Positions 12,858-14,857 of a stretch of 14,857 bases of DNA are shown one piece after another. Below the pieces are notes generated by a model that ran no database searches, was not told where the DNA came from, and worked only from the letters and a program-made list of their open reading frames with translations. This DNA is from Candidatus Iainarchaeum sp. (GTDB lineage Archaea; Iainarchaeota; Iainarchaeia; Iainarchaeales; GCA-2688035). Every line of letters starts with the position of its first letter. Positions within the stretch are counted from its first letter, which is position 1. The stretch lies in contig JAFCCL010000016.1 of NCBI GenBank assembly GCA_017610205.1, positions 1 to 14,857 on the forward strand. The letters are read 5' to 3'. Both the position numbers and the translations under genes were made by a program.

Positions 12858-14855
12858 TCATGATCCAAACACCATTGCAGTGCCGTTGTAGTCAAGGTAC
12901 ATCTCCCCAAACCATATTCTGTTTAAGTCTGGTTCTATTGACACACCATTGTCTGTTCCAGTTTGAGTTATGTTCAAATCTCCTTCTATTAAAGTGTTGC
13001 CCATTATGTTTACGTCTCCAATTACATCTAGTTTGTTTTGTGGAACTGCTGTCCCAATACCAACGTCCCCTGCTGTTGTCATTGTAAACATTGTGCCAGT
13101 TGTCAATGTATTATCAGCATTCCAAGCCATCTTAAATCTTTTTTCATTACTGTTATCTGTTCCCAAATTCCAATAACCAGCACCACTAACTCCAAGAGCA
13201 AGTACAGGGTCGCCTGCATTAGCCCCCCCAGTCATAATTCGTAATCGTGCATTTGACCCTACTTCTGTATTATCTAAGTTTTGAAGTGTTAAATAAACAC
13301 TACTTGTAGATGTATCAGAAACATGCAAAAGAGCTGTTTGGTTTGTTATTCCAATGCCTACTTTTCCATCTGCATTAACACTCAAAGCAGGATTTGGAGA
13401 ACCATCAGACGCACTCAACTCAGAATGCCTATGCAAAGCATCAGCCATAGAATCATCAGTAAGGCTATCCAAATCATAGGAAAATAGTGAAGCATACATT
13501 GAATTAAAATCAGCAGTAGTCATAAAATTAGAATCAACACCAATTGCATTATTGTCAATATCTGCTTCAGTTGGAATGTAATCAGATGTTGTAATTCCGG
13601 TCAAACCAGAACCATCTCCAAACAAAAAGTCAGCTTCAACCGTATAAGCATTTACATCCCAAGAACTAAAACCAAACAAGCCAGTGTTAATATCATAGTC
13701 TGCTCCTATGTATGGTACGAAGTTTGCGTTTGTGTCTGTTTTTCCGTAGTAGTGTGTGTTTAGGTCTGCTATTGTTGTGTAGGTTAGTCTGCTTGTGTTG
13801 TTTGTGTCGAAGATGCTTAGGTATTGTGAGTTGAAGTCGGTTGTTGTCATGTAGTTTGTGTCTATTGCTATTGCGTTGTTGTCTATGTCGGCTTCTGTTG
13901 GGATGTATCCTGTTGCTATTCCTGTTAGTTGGCTTCCGTCTCCGAAGTATGTTGCTGTTAGGCTGTTGATGTTTGCGTCTCCTAGTGCATTCAAGTCGTT
14001 TACTACTACTGAGTTATCGTTGAAGTTGTTTAGATCTTTTCCCAGTGTTATTGCTGTGTCTCCGAATGCTCTTGCGTTTCTTCCTATTGCTATTGATCCT
14101 GTTCCTTCTGCTGTTGAGTTTGTGTCTGCGTATCCTAGTACTACTGTTCCTGATCCTGTTGAGTTTATTGTTCCGCCGTTTGCGTATCCTGCGGCTATGC
14201 TTCCTGGTCCGCTTGCTACCATGTTTGTATCACTGTATCCTAGTGCTACTGCTCCGTCGCCTATTGCAAAGAATTTATATGTAAACCCGCAGCCTGGGTC
14301 GTAGCATCCATATCCAGCCGCAATTGATCCTGTTCCTGCTGAATTTGGATAGTAGCCAATTGCTACGCTTGCAGAAGAACCACTTGCTGCTCCACCACTG
14401 CCGAGTGAAACTGAGTATAGGCCACTTGCTATTGAACCACTGCCTGATGCCATGCTTCCCATCCCGCTTGCAGTGCCATTTAATGATAGGCTGTAATTTC
14501 CGCTTGCTACTGAATTAAGTCCGATTGCTGTGCTTTGGTCTCCTGATGCGGTTGTTCCTGAACCAAGTGCTATGCTTTGGTCTCCAGAAGCTGTTGTTGC
14601 GTTTCCTAGTGCTACTGCGTTTGTTCCACTTGCGTCTGTTGCTGCACTGCTTATGAATTTTGCTCCTTTTATGAAGTTTGTGGCGTTTATGTCGTATGCT
14701 TCTAAGTCATATGTTCCCAAGTCTGTGTCGTAGTTTGCTCCGATGTATGGTACGAAGTTTGCGTTGATATCTGTTTGGGTTGGTATTCCTGTTAATTTAG
14801 AACCGTCTCCGAAGTATGTTTCTGCTGTTATGCTTGTTGTGTTTAGGTCGTTTGT
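12858..14855 (-). CDS. Fibre/adhesin-like protein with YadA-head-like repeats and tail-fibre-type motifs (5' end outside the window)
   Basis: The frame stays open upstream of the TTG at 14720 to the window edge (TNDLNTTSITAETYFGDGSKLTGIPTQTDINANFVPYIGANYDTD-LGTYD...). It has about 14-aa repeats of type ASGxxSxAxG, three FGDGSxLTGI, two NANFVPYIGAxYD, two YIPTEADIDNNAI, GKVGIG/GDVGIGT motifs and an HRH motif. Confidence 0.85.
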   Translation of the reverse strand, partial: TNDLNTTSITAETYFGDGSKLTGIPTQTDINANFVPYIGANYDTDLGTYDLEAYDINATNFIKGAKFISSAATDASGTNAVALGNATTASGDQSIALGSGTTASGDQSTAIGLNSVASGNYSLSLNGTASGMGSMASGSGSIASGLYSVSLGSGGAASGSSASVAIGYYPNSAGTGSIAAGYGCYDPGCGFTYKFFAIGDGAVALGYSDTNMVASGPGSIAAGYANGGTINSTGSGTVVLGYADTNSTAEGTGSIAIGRNARAFGDTAITLGKDLNNFNDNSVVVNDLNALGDANINSLTATYFGDGSQLTGIATGYIPTEADIDNNAIAIDTNYMTTTDFNSQYLSIFDTNNTSRLTYTTIADLNTHYYGKTDTNANFVPYIGADYDINTGLFGFSSWDVNAYTVEADFLFGDGSGLTGITTSDYIPTEADIDNNAIGVDSNFMTTADFNSMYASLFSYDLDSLTDDSMADALHRHSELSASDGSPNPALSVNADGKVGIGITNQTALLHVSDTSTSSVYLTLQNLDNTEVGSNARLRIMTGGANAGDPVLALGVSGAGYWNLGTDNSNEKRFKMAWNADNTLTTGTMFTMTTAGDVGIGTAVPQNKLDVIGDVNIMGNTLIEGDLNITQTGTDNGVSIEPDLNRIWFGEMYLDYNGTAMVFGS

Positions 14856-14857
14856 TT

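Noticed and set aside
14718-14720. TTG as the start of the fibre gene
   Set aside because: The frame is open to the window edge and the upstream peptide contains the same repeat motifs, so the real start lies outside the window.

Overview
AT-rich archaeal chromosomal DNA, most likely from a DPANN lineage. The basis is an archaeal class III signal-peptide pilin of the QxxxEYLxTYGWA type, an archaeal A1-U72 tRNA-Gln without encoded CCA, and BRE/TATA promoters. Diapherotrites/Iainarchaeota is a guess from recollection and has not been tested. The left part, all on the minus strand, carries a pilin missed by the ORF track (1-249, truncated), two T2SSF/TadB-TadC-like membrane proteins, a CpaF/VirB11-type ATPase and a 1234-aa membrane-anchored surface protein. 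Next come a divergently transcribed SERCA-like P-type Ca2+-ATPase, tRNA-Gln(CUG), a small Cys-containing membrane protein, uppS, a small hypothetical protein and a DUF192 protein. The window ends in the 3' part of a fibre/adhesin gene with YadA-like head repeats. Four signals stand out. (i) The tripeptide D-x-N is extremely enriched in both extracellular proteins (about 54 and 23 copies by hand count), a candidate non-canonical glycosylation or metal-binding code. (ii) The fibre gene has homologous internal repeats written with opposite wobble-base preferences. (iii) Most intergenic spacers are built from short tandem duplications of adjacent gene ends or promoters, one of which creates a chimeric 15-codon mini-ORF. 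(iv) The ATPase phosphorylation motif reads DKTAT instead of the canonical DKTGT. No mobile element, CRISPR array or rRNA is supported.
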